Positions 27,401 through 41,600 of a stretch of DNA of 64,000 bases are shown here, piece after piece (the stretch's first letter is position 1; each line of letters begins with the position of its first letter). Made by a program: the position numbers and the translations under genes. The notes under the pieces are model-generated. The model was not told where the DNA came from. It did no database searches and was given only the letters and a program-made list of their open reading frames with translations. This DNA comes from Catajapyx aquilonaris (Eukaryota). The stretch covers positions 1 to 64,000 of the forward strand of contig JYFJ02000539.1 of assembly GCA_000934665.2 (NCBI GenBank), given 5' to 3'.

Positions 27401-29874
27401 ATCCCATATTTGCAATAAAAGGCTAACACGCTCCGGCGTTTCTGGAGTTATAGCCCCATGTTATAATATCATCAAGTTTCAGGCTGAGCGAACCAACCAT
27501 GTGGGAAGAGTAGAACATCAAAGCGCGGGGTGGCTCTGGCTGGGAATATGAATGCCTCGGGTGATTCCCCTATTTGTTCGCCGTCACAGGAGGGGTTGTG
27601 ATATTGAAGTAATAACTACTTCAAGTGCGAAGGGTTAAGCAGCAGAAACATGCAGTTTGAGGGTTGGAGTGGGGCTGGAGGAACTAATCTCGGCTGTTTG
27701 TGGATAGGAAACTGGGGGAAAAGGGATAGGGGCTTGAGGCCGATCTGGTGATGCAGCCGCTGCCACGATGCTGGGGGGCGCCTGGATGGGGCGGCCATCT
27801 TGGATCCGGTGTCTATAGCCACTCACTGGGTGTCCGGATGGGTTGCAAAATTAAATCAATTTGGAAAATTGGTCTAGTTGCGTCTGCGAGGGAGTCAGAA
27901 GTGATTTGGGGACAATTGGGCTGATATTGTAGCTGCTGTGCTGGTTGGTGGAAGAAGCGCACAATTTGTGGAGGAGGAAACAGACAGTGTTGTAGCCGTC
28001 AGAGAAAATACTTGCGTGATGCTCAGAATAAGTTTTCACACTATAGGCTATGCTTCATTAGTATTGATACAATCTCTATTTAAAACTGCATCTCAGCATA
28101 ATTCAGATTACGGTCCCAAATTACAACAGGCGAAGACATGAGTATTTCATACTGCCATTGTCTAGGAAAGATGAATGAGGCTTGTAAAACAAACATCAGT
28201 ATAATTATGTCCGGGGACTCTTACATTTCTAAGGTCCGTCACAAACTAGATGTATTTTGCAGCTTTGTGTCCTGAAATAGGTGACAGAAAATACGAGTAC
28301 GTCTCCGTTGCTGTCGTAGCGAGTTTTCCCGGTGCACTGAATAATTTTGGCGCATTGCATTTCGAGTCGGTTGTTTTCCTGAAATAAATATAGACCACGA
28401 TGCAGCGATATGAAGATTGATCGATGTCACAGTACCATACTTTACATGGGGACAGCCCACTGGGCAAACTCTTTTGTTTCCTTTACATAGGGTTAATAAT
28501 CGGTTTCCTCCCAGTTGGCAGAGCACTTTCTGAAGCAGACGCGGTAATTGCGAAGGAAATATCCGGAACGCATACTATACGTAACCAACAACAAAATAGT
28601 GAATAACCTGTTCTCAGACACGATATCGCCACGCAAACGTATCATCATTTTCCATCGTCAATAGTCAAATTATTATTATAGTTATTAGGGGGATGACACA
28701 TGTCTTCTAGTTCAATGCAGCGAGTATTACTCGTTGCGTGGAATAATTACACCTCATGTCATTCTTGTCTGCCATCAATTCCACCCCTCTAATCCATTTT
28801 TTAGTGCGACGGAAGCCATGATTTCTGCAGGGAGCCGTTTCACATTTATTCTTATTACATCAGGTGATACTGATATCACCCAGTCGTTAATCAAACCCGC
28901 GTATCACCCCCCCACAAAAAAAAAGGTTTCTCCTGCGACGTTGGTGCTAGGACTTCTATTCTCGGGGCCGGTTTCGCACGCCAAGTGTTAGATTCCACGA
29001 TAAGAAAACCCAAAGGATGTGATATTATTGAAAATCAAGAGTTTGCGGAAGGCTTAATGACTGCGCCGGAAAATTTTACATGCCACCCTAATTAATGCCT
29101 GCAATCGCGTGCTCGCACCAGCGACAAAATTATACCATCGGGCAATTAATCCCGTTATGTTTAGAAGGGGTTAATCGTCCCCCCCATTCTCTACCAAACC
29201 ATTTCTAACCAAGTTTCGTGGCCTCGACAAGTCGGTACGGCTCGAATAAAATTCCATCTTGCACCGGTCGAATTATCATAATTTCTAGAAACCCTCTTTT
29301 TTTACAAAGAAAAAAATACTAAACAGTGTGTTTACATTTAATTTATAATGTGAGGTGAAGCTGTGGCTGAACAAAATTTAAAATTAACACCCCCTGGACA
29401 AATTGCAAGACGGTTTGCCAAATAACACAAGGGGTCCGATAATTGTCACAGCGGCAGGTCTGGTGCCTGGACACCAAGTGAATAAATGCTGGTCCCCATC
29501 AGCATATTTTTGGGAGGCGTAAATAAAAGAGAGAGGGGGGAGGAGGGGGGGGGGAGGAGAAAAGGGCATGAAAGAAGATGGAAAGAGTGGTGTTTCGGGT
29601 GAGGAGACGTCTTGGCTGGTGGCCACCCAACGTGTCCAACATGGCAGGGCAAACGGGGTCTCTTCGTCGCTCGCACCGTCAACCATACAATTGACGCACT
29701 GCCTACCACCTATCCATCCCACGTCCTCCGACGCATCTGACCCCCACAGGCTTCCGAGCTAATAAAGTCATAAGTGACGAGGTCACATATCTTGGTAAAC
29801 ATGTGCGTCATGTATTTGAAATGTCTGCTCTTCATTGGAAATATCTTATAATTTATTCCCGCTAATTAGTAATA

Positions 29875-30182
29875 TATTTTAAAAAATTCCAGTGAAAATT
29901 TCACACCAAAAATGAGCAATTTTAACTAAAACTCAAATTACTCGAAAGAAGAGTAAGAATGAGTGGGGACACTACTCTACAAATTGAGTAGTTTTTAGCT
30001 CGAATTTGAGTGGTCATTTCGCTCAAATTGAGCGGAAAATCCACTCAATTTGAGTGAAATGATTGAAAATATTTCATCGAAATCGAGTGATTTCCACTGA
30101 AAAATATTGGAAGTCAAATCAACTAATCAAGTAGGAAACTCACTCAAATCGAGTGGAAAAACAGTCGAAATTTTTTAGAGTG
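29875..30182. mobile_element. Decayed MITE-like non-autonomous DNA element with internal palindromic subrepeats
   Basis: The right end AATTTTTTAGAGTG is the reverse complement of CACTCTAAAAAATT. The left end TATTTTAAAAAATT matches it with three C>T changes. The interior repeats (A/G)CTCAAAT / ATTTGAGT-type motifs, e.g. GCTCAAATTGAGC, CACTCAATTTGAGTG and CACTCAAATCGAGTG. Confidence 0.55.
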
Positions 30183-33100
30183 ATAAATCCATCCACTCTT
30201 TGGATGACCTCTAGACTTCCATCTCTCCTTGCCCTCTCACCCCTGCTCGAAAAGGACAACCTGCTAGGGGGTTATGCAGATTTAGCCCCCCCCCCCCCCN
30301 GTCAGCTGTCGCCTAAGATGGGAGGAGTTGCGTCAAGGGTTTGTCAACGTTGAGTTGTCATGGGAAGTGCGGTCGGAGGGCTGCTTGCTACCTGTAACAC
30401 AGCCAAGACGGGCTCCGATGAATTTTGTAAGAACCTGGGGGTCTTCAGATGTTCACTCACACTATATACGATACACCAAACAGTATTCTAGCGATACAAA
30501 TTGTAACCCTCAGCACAAAAAAAAAAACTCTCGAAAACCAAGACTTGGATTTCAACTCTGACTTTCCCTAAGGCTAACGAAGAAGACAAGCGACCGAAAC
30601 ACTTGCCGAAAATCGACCCCGAGGCTCTGAGAGAAACTGGTGTAAAAAAATGCAAAAGAAAAGAAAAAAAATGCTGGCGAATTGCCGTATCTTGTTAGGA
30701 GCGCTTAGCTACTCACCTTTTCAGTTTCACCGCCGTGTTCTGATTACCGAAAACTAGGCCTAAGTCATTTATCTAGAATTGAAGTATTTCCGCTGGGTGG
30801 GCCTCCCTCTTTAGATTTTTCGTTAACAAACGTACTCTTTTGCTTATTTTAATGTGACTTGCTGCACAACTTGGTGGACTTGAGGATGAAATTTATCTCA
30901 ACATGCAGAAAAACCGCTGGAATTTATAATACCCGTAAATCTCCTCATGATGGTCCATGCAAAGTGGGAGTGGTAAGCACGAAAAAGCGGCTCAGAGGAA
31001 ACATCTGGTTGGGTAAGAAAGGGCCCATATTTTTCCACTTCCTTAGTGAGATTCGTACACTTGGAGAGTTATGTGTGCGATGCTTTTAAGCAGGTTTTGT
31101 AGCTTTTATAGACTACACTGGTTTTTGAAAAATGCGCGGACATTGTTGTACTATGCGTATTAGGCCAGAGATGATGGAAATGTGCAAACACTGTACATTC
31201 ACAAACAAAAGCATTGCGGGTTGTCAGGAATGCAATCAGTATTACAGTTATACAAACTTGCTAGTTGGTGTCATTATTGCATCATCGGCCTAGTTTATAT
31301 GTCATAACATTGCTCCATTGTTTTGCTGAGGTATGACCATAAACTCTTCATTAGCATTATATCAGCCTGTTATAAAACATAAGTCAGCTTACGAGGAAGT
31401 AATTTCTGAAACAAGTTATATACAAATGTCACACTAGCCTATGTTATGGTGATGGGCATACACGATGTATCTGTGATATTATTATGCTCTGAAGGTTAAA
31501 TGACGCAAAAATTATGCGATATCTCCCATACCAATTACACTTACAAACTTATAAAACAATTAATTTGTTTTCTGAAACGACCAAACTCATTATCCAAGTC
31601 ATAAAGGAAAACATAGGAACATAATAGTCTGGATAACATGTTGCTGTTTGTCAAACTGTTTTGTTACAAAGAATCCTTGTCCTCTGTAACAACAGAGCAG
31701 AAATTCAATCGCAGGATATGGCATTTTGGCACCTGTCATGTGCCGTAGTTATGAAAAAGTGGCATACCAGTTGCACGTATTAGCCCGGAACATTTCTAAA
31801 CCGTATCCTCATAAAAGCGAACCCCACTCTAGAGACCTCGGAGTTATAAGAACCGTGTTGATGTAGCGTACCGGGCTCGGGAGTGTTCCAAAAAAATGCA
31901 ATGTAGTCATTGGCCCTCTGATTTTATATTGCGCCCCAGGGGTTTGGAATTTTTTCTGTAATTTTTTGAGCTTTGCACTCTAACTCTGGTACCGTATGAT
32001 ACTCCCCTGTTTTTGCACCAGTTGATCCCCACAGTAGCATAAAACGGTAGGTAGAGTGCGAGTGTGGATATGGCCGCTAAAAATAACAGAAAGGGGCCGG
32101 GAGTCTAGCGCATTGTGTTGCGTAGCAGGAATGGCATTCAAAAAAAAAAAGAACGAAAAAAAATTCAAGTTACTCCAACCTCTCAACCTGCAATCAAACT
32201 CTCAGGTGGTAATCAAAGTATCCCGTTCAAACTATGGACAGAAATTAAAACAAATCACGGGATCGACCTGGCCACACGCGCATAAAAAACTCTTCAATTT
32301 TATTGGAAAAAACATTTTCCCTTTCCAGACCAAACCATAACTTCATGAATATTAGACCAATGTTATGTGTGGCGCAATTAGTGCGATCAGGATTGCATTC
32401 ATGCGCATTAATATTGCATACTCTAAATGGCTGTCATGCAAAATTGCAGTTCCCTCCGATATTTTCTGGAAAGCATATGCATGCAGTTTAAACAACGCGC
32501 AATTTGCCTCCCTCCATACGCGTATAGGCTATTATTATGACCGTATATTTATGCAATTTATAGCTCAAAATGACGGGCAGGACTGTGTTCAATAGGACGA
32601 CTGATGAGACCTAAAAAAAAAGCCCCATGTAATGAATTTTTTTTCCATGGATGCTACCCCTTATCTGACGAGACATTTCGGCCATTTTCTGGTTCCCGTA
32701 GATTTTTTTGTCCTGACTCAAGGCGGTATTTTTATGTAGCGACAACAGACATAACAGGTGTAGGTTACTCCCTCAAATAAATTACAGTCCCTGTCTAATT
32801 GTAATGGCCCTACAGTGCATTGTTTCTCAAACTATGTACTTGTCAGGTAATGTTAAATGAGTCCCCTTTTAAAATTGGACAGTAATGCGGGTTACGTTGA
32901 CTTAACAGTCACTGGTTGAAACCAATGCACGCACATTTTTTGGGGGGGATGTATGACGCACAGTTTTCGCAATAATTACATAGTGGCAAAGTGTTGAGAA
33001 GACACTTTTTTATATATACAAAGACCCGAACATAGCCACACCCTATGGCTGGAAAAAAACCGTTTTTTAAAAACTTTTTTACCCTTCTTTTTAGACACCC

Positions 33101-34441
33101 CTTGGCTGCCACTGCCATGACTTTGCCGCTGGGAAACTTGTGATGTAACACCGACAAGTGTCAGATGGGTGACTCGATAAACGTGCAAGATAGCGCAACC
33201 CAGCGACTCACATTTTTTATGCCGTGTATTTTGGAAGCGAGGCATCGTTTCTATCTGTTGGCAAGTGATAGAAACTCAACTATTGCCAAAAAGATGTCGC
33301 TGACTTTTTTGCGGTAAATAATAGGCAGGGGATGACATTCTTCAAGCCAGGTCGGGATCTACGCGTCGGATTTGACCCGCCCATTTGTGTGTGTGTGTGT
33401 GCACCGCCCCCACCACTACAGGGTGACTAATGGAAAGAACACACGCTTTTTAATTTGCTGTCGTGGACTGGTTGGTGCAGCACGCTTAACCCATCTTTTT
33501 AGCCAGATTTTTCAAGCTGTTTACGCGCACAGATAATGTTTATTTATGCGCTCGCCAGTTTTAAAAGTTCATTCCCTCTAGTCCCCATCCTTGGGGCCAA
33601 TAGACCAGCGTCTAATATTAGTCGTCCGCGTGCCAGATACGTTTTTAATATCCCTAATGTGCCTCTCCTGTCGCATTCAAAAAAAACGGTGGCCCGTTTG
33701 TCGTAACATAAAAGATGCCGAATTTTGATACGTTGCTGAAAAGCAGCTACCGCAGCGGAAAATGAGGCATGGACAACACGAAGGGGAAGTGGCAGAGGGT
33801 GCCAAAAGGGCCTTACAATGAATATCATGGGGGGGAAAAAAATAGAAGGGAGTGAGCCTGTGTTTCCGCCCCTCTTGTCTATACTCTTCACAACAAAAGG
33901 CACCTTCTATACTCAAAAAGTGCATGTGTGTTAGAAAATGCATTCCCCCCCTACTTTTCACAACCTCTCCCTTAAAAAGTTACAAGGTGAGTGGACACGC
34001 AGTATATTTCACGGTTCGGTGATTTCAAGGGGGTTGAAAATTACCTGATGTTCTCGAGCCCACAGCTTTTTGGGGAAGCCAATTTGTATTTTCATGGGTA
34101 GATGTAAAGTTCAGATTGGTTTGATTAGACGCCTTTTTAGACACGGTGTAACATCCCGTGTTAATTAATTTCAATCGTTTTATCAGCAGGTATATATACA
34201 CCTGCTTGTCCTTTGGCACGACCCCCATCTAATGACCTGTAGGTCGGACCCAAGTCCTAGCCGCATTGGGAGAGGTTCATTCAAAGTAGCCCCTCTCTCT
34301 GGTAGAAAAGTAAAGTGTGTGTCACCCAAACCTGTGATCCGCTCGAGTAGCCGGCTCTGGCGGTCTTTTCAGAGTTTCACGCCTTGGCAGTCCGAAAGGA
34401 GCCGCCTCACTTTAGATCTGAACCTCCCCCCCCCCCTCCTT

Positions 34442-35261
34442 ACCCTGCCTCACAACCTCTACGGTATACCTTCTCTTTTTGGACCCCCTCAGGGATATAC
34501 CAAGTTCACTTTGAGGAAGGAGTGATGGAAGGTGGCACCTTCTCTTCAAACCCTCACAATTCTGGCCAATTCGTCACCTTCACTGTAAATTATGCGACTC
34601 GTTTTCAAAATATCTGGAGCCACCACACAAAAATTTTCTAGGCTCTTTTATGCTACCAGCTGCAACATAAAATGAGCTGCATGTATGTGTGCAAAAGGCT
34701 TCGTGAGTCGTAAATCTCAAGACCCATACGAATCCCATAAAATAGGGTGAAAATGTTTGCATGATGAATCCTACACCCCTCCCCCTCCCACACCCATTCG
34801 CGCAAAATATACAACTTGATTTAAACACATATTATGAGAAGGTATTGCANNNNNACCCTGCCTCACAACCTCTACGGTATACCTTCTCTTTTTGGACCCC
34901 CTCAGGGATATACCAAGTTCACTTTGAGGAAGGAGTGATGGAAGGTGGCACCTTCTCTTCAAACCCTCACAATTCTGGCCAATTCGTCACCTTCACTGTA
35001 AATTATGCGACTCGTTTTCAAAATATCTGGAGCCACCACACAAAAATTTTTAGGCTCTTTTATGCTACCAGCTGCAACATAAAATGAGCTGCATGTATGT
35101 GTGCAAAAGGTTTCGTGAGTCGTAAATCTCAAGACCCATACGAATCCCATAAAATAGGGTGAAAATGTTTGCATGATGAATCCTACACCCCTCCCCCTCC
35201 CACACCCATTCGCGCAAAATATACAACTTGATTTAAACACATATTATGAGAAGGTATTGCA
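34442..35261. repeat. ~408-bp direct duplication joined by 5 N (probable assembly or haplotype artefact)
   Basis: 34442-34849 and 34855-35261 are almost identical, with a 1-nt indel (aattttCtagg) and one substitution (aaggCttcg/aaggTttcg) seen. Only the gap 34850-34854 separates them, and the first copy starts just after a poly-C tract. Confidence 0.9.
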
Positions 35262-35599
35262 CACCATATGGGCCTAGATAAGGAGTGTGAAAAGGCCCTT
35301 CAAGTTAATTTCTTTTAGTAAAAGCGGACCCTAGATTATTATGAAGCGACTCGTCCTTTTGTGTCAACCACAGTCCCCAAATGTCAGTACAGATGGGCCA
35401 ACCGACCCTTCCTTTTTTTTTTACATACGACCCAACGGAAAAAGAGTGTCATTTTTGTTCCCGTGTCAAGAACGGTATGAAGTATGGCCGTTGGATTAAT
35501 ATAAACGATTTGATGGGCGGCGCAGATTAATACCCAGCTGAAGCACCGAGAGGGGACATTTGGAAAAGTTGTCTCCATTTCTAGGGGTCCACCTGGTGT

Positions 35600-35632
<33 letters not shown>

Positions 35633-38600
35633 TCCAAAGCTCTGAACCCCCAAAAAGCCAGCGTGCATTTCAATGCGCAACCCCCCCTGGGTCTCAAAAG
35701 CCCCTTTTCTACTTGCATTATGCGGTGATCCTGTAACTTCACGCAAGACATGTCGCAAACGGACAAAACAAAACCGCGCTGTACAAACAAGCCGGGGACA
35801 TTGTCGCTTTTTGGGAGTTTGTCCGCGTCTCTTGTCTTCCTCCATGTTACCCTCCCGACCTTCTTTTTCCTCGGGTTCCTCCAATGCTGCCAACCGTGCG
35901 TGTCCTCATAAAGGACCTCAAATTGTGGCATTTTGAGGTGGGGTGGAGGGGGGGGGATGGGACAGATGATGAGCTTTGTTGTCCTTGGCCCGGGAGATGC
36001 GATTCTGACAAGCCCCCACGGATATAGCGCCATGGTAAAATTGATGGCCGGGCACGTTGATTCTGATGGCGCTTGCCCGGGATGCTTATTTGCCCAATAC
36101 ATATGAACAGGAATTGATGCATGAAATCAATGCGATGCAGCAGCAGGAGTGAAGTTTGATGACCTCACATATTGAACTTGTCGTATGTTGTGGTCGCGAG
36201 CGGCATAAAGAGCGGTCGGGACTCGCAAATAACCTTTTGTGAGCTTACCTCCTCCCACCCGACTCCATCACTGCATAATGTTTTGGTCAATATTGCTTTC
36301 CTCTCTCCCCCTCGTATGTTGGCATCGCTGACACTGTGTACGTGACTGCTGTGTTTTCCAGTTCAAATCGCACGTGCAATAAACCCCGATCGCACCTGCC
36401 GGATTTGTTCCAGTACTAAGAGGATACAGTGGCGACGCCCTACTGCAGATCCGGTAACCACCCCAAATAAGCGAATGAAGACGTGAGGATGTTTGGAGTT
36501 GGGCCGATTAACTTCATAATCTTCTGCGTCTTTGCATCAGCACGGCTTACAGTTTGATTGTTAATGGGCTGGTACTAACAAAAAAAAATAGTCATTGTCC
36601 GGATCTTTGACCCTCTGTTTGGCAAACACGCGTGCTGTACCCCGGCCCCCGGAAGGTCAGCCCTTAACGGCCAATGACCGCCTACTTAATCATTTACACT
36701 GCAGGGATATTTACATGGGCTGATAATCGCCATGGCCAAAAAGTCACTTGGCCTCAATTTTCCAGTCGGCTAGTTTGTCCATTAAAATTGGTCCAAGTAC
36801 ACCAAAATGATCGCTAATTGGTTCAATTGCAGCTCGTTGCTCAGTCGTGCGGCGCAGTCACCTGCGATATGCCACAAGTAAACCAGTTAGGTTCTTCAAA
36901 TAATCCTACTAATTCGTGCCCAATTATCAGGATGTCATTAGAAAAAAAAGCCCAAACTACCATTGCTCGACATATGCCTCGCATACTTTTTTTTTGGTCG
37001 TGTGTATACCCCTGCATCCCCCTCACGTTTGCTCAATTTGGGCCCCCCTGTGTGCCACTGTGTGTGACCTCGGAGGTCAGCACCTCGCCCCAGGAATCCC
37101 ACCAACCACCTCATTTGCCTGGGTCTACCCTGCAATAGACCGATAGAGCTCCACGATTAACACTTGCTTCACCTGGCCACGATGGCGTGTAACTGGGGGT
37201 CGTGACGCGGGATGACAACACTAATGGACGTCATCGGGGATGATTTGTTGGGATGCTTATTATCATAATGGGCAGGGTAGGCCAGATGCGGTAGGGCAGT
37301 AATGTGGAAGGGACAGGAAAACAATACTGTGAAGGTGGTTACATTATGTACACAAAACTCTTTTTTTGTAGGGGGGGAGTTTCCTCCTGTCATTGTCGAG
37401 TCAGGAAGTGTAATTAGTCATCCAGCATTGTCATGCTTTTTGGAGGGTGGTCATCAGGTGGAGTAATGGCATGTAACCCATGCAAGATGACAGGGGTGGA
37501 GGTTCACACTCGTTTGCTCTAGTTGACTGATGATCAAAATGGAAGCACTTTATGCGCAGGAAATTGACTTGCATGTAGTCATTTCCGCTGTATCAATGGG
37601 GGAAAGAAAATTTCATTCAGCCACGTAGTAACACCGGTAACGTCAGGTGTGGTTCAGAATCCTAGATAAGACCTTCGGGTCGAGTCTCTTCCAATTAGGC
37701 GCCATCCATCCGAGGTTTTACCTCCATTATTTACTACGCCGGTAGATTGGTCCAGCCCATACCTGGCCAAAGTCACCCAGGTACGGAAGTCCTTTTTCAG
37801 CCCCCCCGTACGATGCACAGGAACATCATCGATACTTTGAAACCACTCTCCTAGATAATAACTCCACCCGATCCCAAATGGGCCTGAGTGGACATGAAGC
37901 GTGAAGGATATGAACATTTTGACTCGGTTCTTGCATCGTGATGGGCAGCGCTAAATGGAAGTGCGGGGCCCCCGTCACTTGCCCCTGATGGCTAATTTGA
38001 CCTCGCCGTTGGCTCCTGAGGGCTCTCGCCTTTTTTTTGGTGTGTGTACCAACCAATGGTGCCCACGACCATCAGACTCGTGTTGTCTGTCCTCCCGCTT
38101 TCATGATGCTGCCCTCAGCTCTTCAAGGATTTTTTAATGCCGTCTTTTGTTCCCACTTGTTAGATGTTGCTAAATACTGCCCATTTTGTGCAAGAAAGAA
38201 ATAATTTTACACGCCTTTTGGCGAATTGTTTAAAACTGTACCGTTTGGCAGATATTTGCTTGCTTGCCGATGTAGCCAATCAGATTCGCTGGCCTGGCGT
38301 GTATGACATGACAAGTGAAATATGCGCCAGACAGCGCAGTAATCAGTGTCGGATGCGCCATCTGTGAACCGGGGGAAATTACACGTGACGGCCTAAAAAA
38401 CTATTATTGGGAGAAAATTAAATTGTGCCAGTATGCAGTACCGTATTGATGTCCTTCTACCATCTTCTTCAGCTTTTCTCCCCCAGTCTCCAGACCCGAA
38501 ACAATAAAATCACCATTAGTATCCCCATTGGATAAATATCTGGTCACCCCCCAAAAGAACTGCCTGTCCGTCTGGGAATGTTATTGGGAGGGATCTGGCA

Positions 38601-41600
38601 GGCCTGCCAATCTTAGAAGCAGGCAAGAATGCGTCCAAGGATAACAATGGTGCAGCCCCCTATATAAACCCCACTCAAATAAACCTCAAAATGATGCACC
38701 GCCTGAATTACTAAACAATGTCGCGGATTACGTCACAACCCAGCCATAATGTATCGGGCTGCAACAAACCGTGTCTTTCCCCAGCAGTTGTCATTCTTGA
38801 GGAGCACCCTAATCTTCCGAAGCCCAAGAAGAGTGACACCCTTTAGATAAACAGTGGACGTGCTTGTGCTGCTTTATGGAAGGCCTGGGGCCATGTCGGT
38901 TGGGGCTGGCCAAGTTTGGGGACAAGGATCGTATAACCCCCCNNNNNNCCACCAAATATATATCTCCCCCCCTTTTCCTTTGTTAGGGCCTGTGGCCATG
39001 TTGCAGTATCGGTTGTATGTCCAAATGCTCCGGTTTTTCGTGCTTCAATTAATTATCCATCTTTTCCCATATCTGGTCCATTGGCTTTGTCGGCTGGTAA
39101 ATCTTAAGGGGGCATCGAATGATGGAAGAGGAGTTACCACCTGTTAGTTTAGGGACGGACGATTAAAAACGCTCAGAGAAAACAGGTTGAGCGGCTGAAT
39201 TGAAAAGTAAATTACAGGGTTGCGAACACCTCGAAATGCTTCAACCTTTCTTGAAAGGAGGGACAGGAAGTAAATGAGTAATATCGTGGAATGGAATTTA
39301 TGCAACATTAGAACCGAAGCGGGTCGCCCCGGAAAATGAGTTTACTGACAGAATAGGGTGGGAAAAAAGAAACGAAACTAATGTTGCCCTGACCGTTACT
39401 CCGAATTTTGTGGATCCTTAAACAACATCCATTTCTTTTCTTTTTTGAGGGTCCCCCCCGGCTTTCAAAAAAAGAATTATTTGAAAGCTAGTAATTATGT
39501 TAACTAGGCCGCATTTTTCTTTTGTTGCTGCGAAATAGATGACTTCATCTTGTGTTATATTGTTCTAAAAAAATAATAGCCACTTTTCGTATTGTCATCT
39601 GGCGGATGGATTGTACACTAAGCGATATTAATGGCGTCCCCACGTGGATATTTTCTAGCCGAACAGCAAATTAGCATCGTCGTTACAATCGCAAGTCCGA
39701 CAAGCCCTGTCCATTGTAGTCAAGTGTAGTGCGAATTGGCAGCGACGGCCCCTGGTGTGTCCCTACCACCTTCTGGCAAGCGAATTGAATTAAGGCGACC
39801 TAGGGAAGAGCGCCCTTTTGTGCCCCTAACCTATCCGGGCGCCCGCTAATAAGTCGACCATATGGTCCAATTTGCAAAAAGATCCGGTGCCTGCAAGCCA
39901 CCCCTCTTTCCAAAACACACACACTCACTTCTCACACACACACACACAGCAGCATCGGCGATCGTTATCCTCATGGCCATGGGTTGGCTTTCCCCAAACC
40001 TCATCTTGGCCGCCAATGATCGCATGCGTGCCAGCCCTTTTGCCTACCCCTACCAGCCCCCCCTTATCTGTGCAAATATCAATCAACGCCATATTTCCAA
40101 TGAATATGCGGACAATCTCGTCTGCAAACCCGGGGCTTCTTGTTACTGAACAAATACGGGCGCTGGTTGGCAGTTATGAGATCTTTCGAGGTGAGAAGAT
40201 TGGATCCGACAATAAAAGCCGACTGTTGACATTGCAAATATGAAATTCCACCGGGGACTCCCGGGCGCCCTACCAAATAAGATAAATAATACTTCCCCCC
40301 CCCCCTCCCCCCCGGTATATACGGGTAGTTCAAGTTAAAAGATATTGGTTTTCCGGGCACGCATGACAGAAAACCTTCCCGCTAGAAGCCGGGAGTTTTC
40401 ATTTTGTCTATGATGGTCAGTCGCTTTTATTACTTCAACGTGTGTGTATCCAGAACCTCTCCTCCCCCATACCCCACTCTTCCCCCTTTATGAAAGTGCA
40501 TTTTATTGCGGCCGAATCAGGAACAAAATTCTCAGGGGTGACTTTTCCATCAGGCCATATTGTGCTGCGGTCATGCCTTGCTCTTGACTGCGGAATGGAT
40601 TTTTTTGCCCTACTATACAGGGGTACCACTGGTCCTCATTTTTTACAACCCCCATTCAGCAGATGTAAATTTTAGTACGCAAAAAGGTAAATTCGCCTGA
40701 ACATGACTTAATTTTAGCTGCAAATATTTTGACACGACTGGTAGCAATATATCAAAATTTCTTGAGCACACACTTGGAAAGGTTGGCAGCATATCTTTTC
40801 AGAGTGATCTGAGTTTGTGACAGTTCGAACAATAGTAGTCGACAGCTTGAGAAGTATATAGGCGTACGTGGGTGCCCTTCTTCTTTTACCTTTTTTTTTT
40901 ATCCGGGTCGCCCCCTAAAAATGCGAATAAAATCGAGACCAAAATAGGATAAAAGCAGTTCCGGGCCTTGGGGTTTGTGAGTGAGATGGAAGGTATATAG
41001 GGGTGGGGTAGGGGAGGTAGGGGTGGTGCTGCTGCATCTCAAAGGAGATGATGGTCCACGGGGGGATAGATGGATGGATAGATCTGCTTCTGCTGTGGAT
41101 GCAGTGTCTCAAGGGAGTCGAAGCCCATGTCTTGTCCTCATTTTTTTTTTCCTCACAAGATTAGCTCCTCCTTTTTGCTTGAAAGCTATAAAGGCTATAC
41201 GTCGCGTCACTTATCGTCGAAGATGGGGTGGGGGTTAGTCACTTGTGAAAATAACATACGCTGCTCAGGGAATTGGAAAGGAAATGGCGATGTCAATAAG
41301 CCCTACAGAAATATTGGCCGTATCAGGATACCTTACCGGATCCGGATCAACACCTTTATTTTTAAAAAATCTATATTGAATCTTTTCCGGCCTACTAATT
41401 GAACAGCAAACGCCCCCTCCTCAATTATCCTCACTTGCGCCCATTTGTCCCGCTTAATTCATAATTGCTAGCCTGTCCCTGGCAGATTTTCATCAATAAT
41501 AGGTGTGAATCGCGGGGGTGGAAAATCATAGCCGAGGGCCTTGTAATATGGCATGGCGTGACTGCCACCCGCCAGTTGTTTCACACTTCGTAATTCAAAA

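Noticed and set aside
32821..32853. Possible ratchet point TGTCAG|GTAATG
   Set aside because: Poor pyrimidine tract, weak donor and no good downstream cryptic donor.
33980..33995. Donor-like AAG|GTGAGT
   Set aside because: No convincing upstream acceptor or open exon; isolated donor words are common.
34442..35261. 408-bp tandem duplication and its duplicated ORFs
   Set aside because: It is joined at an N gap with only two differences seen, so it is most likely two alleles or overlapping contig ends. The ORFs have no recognisable protein features.
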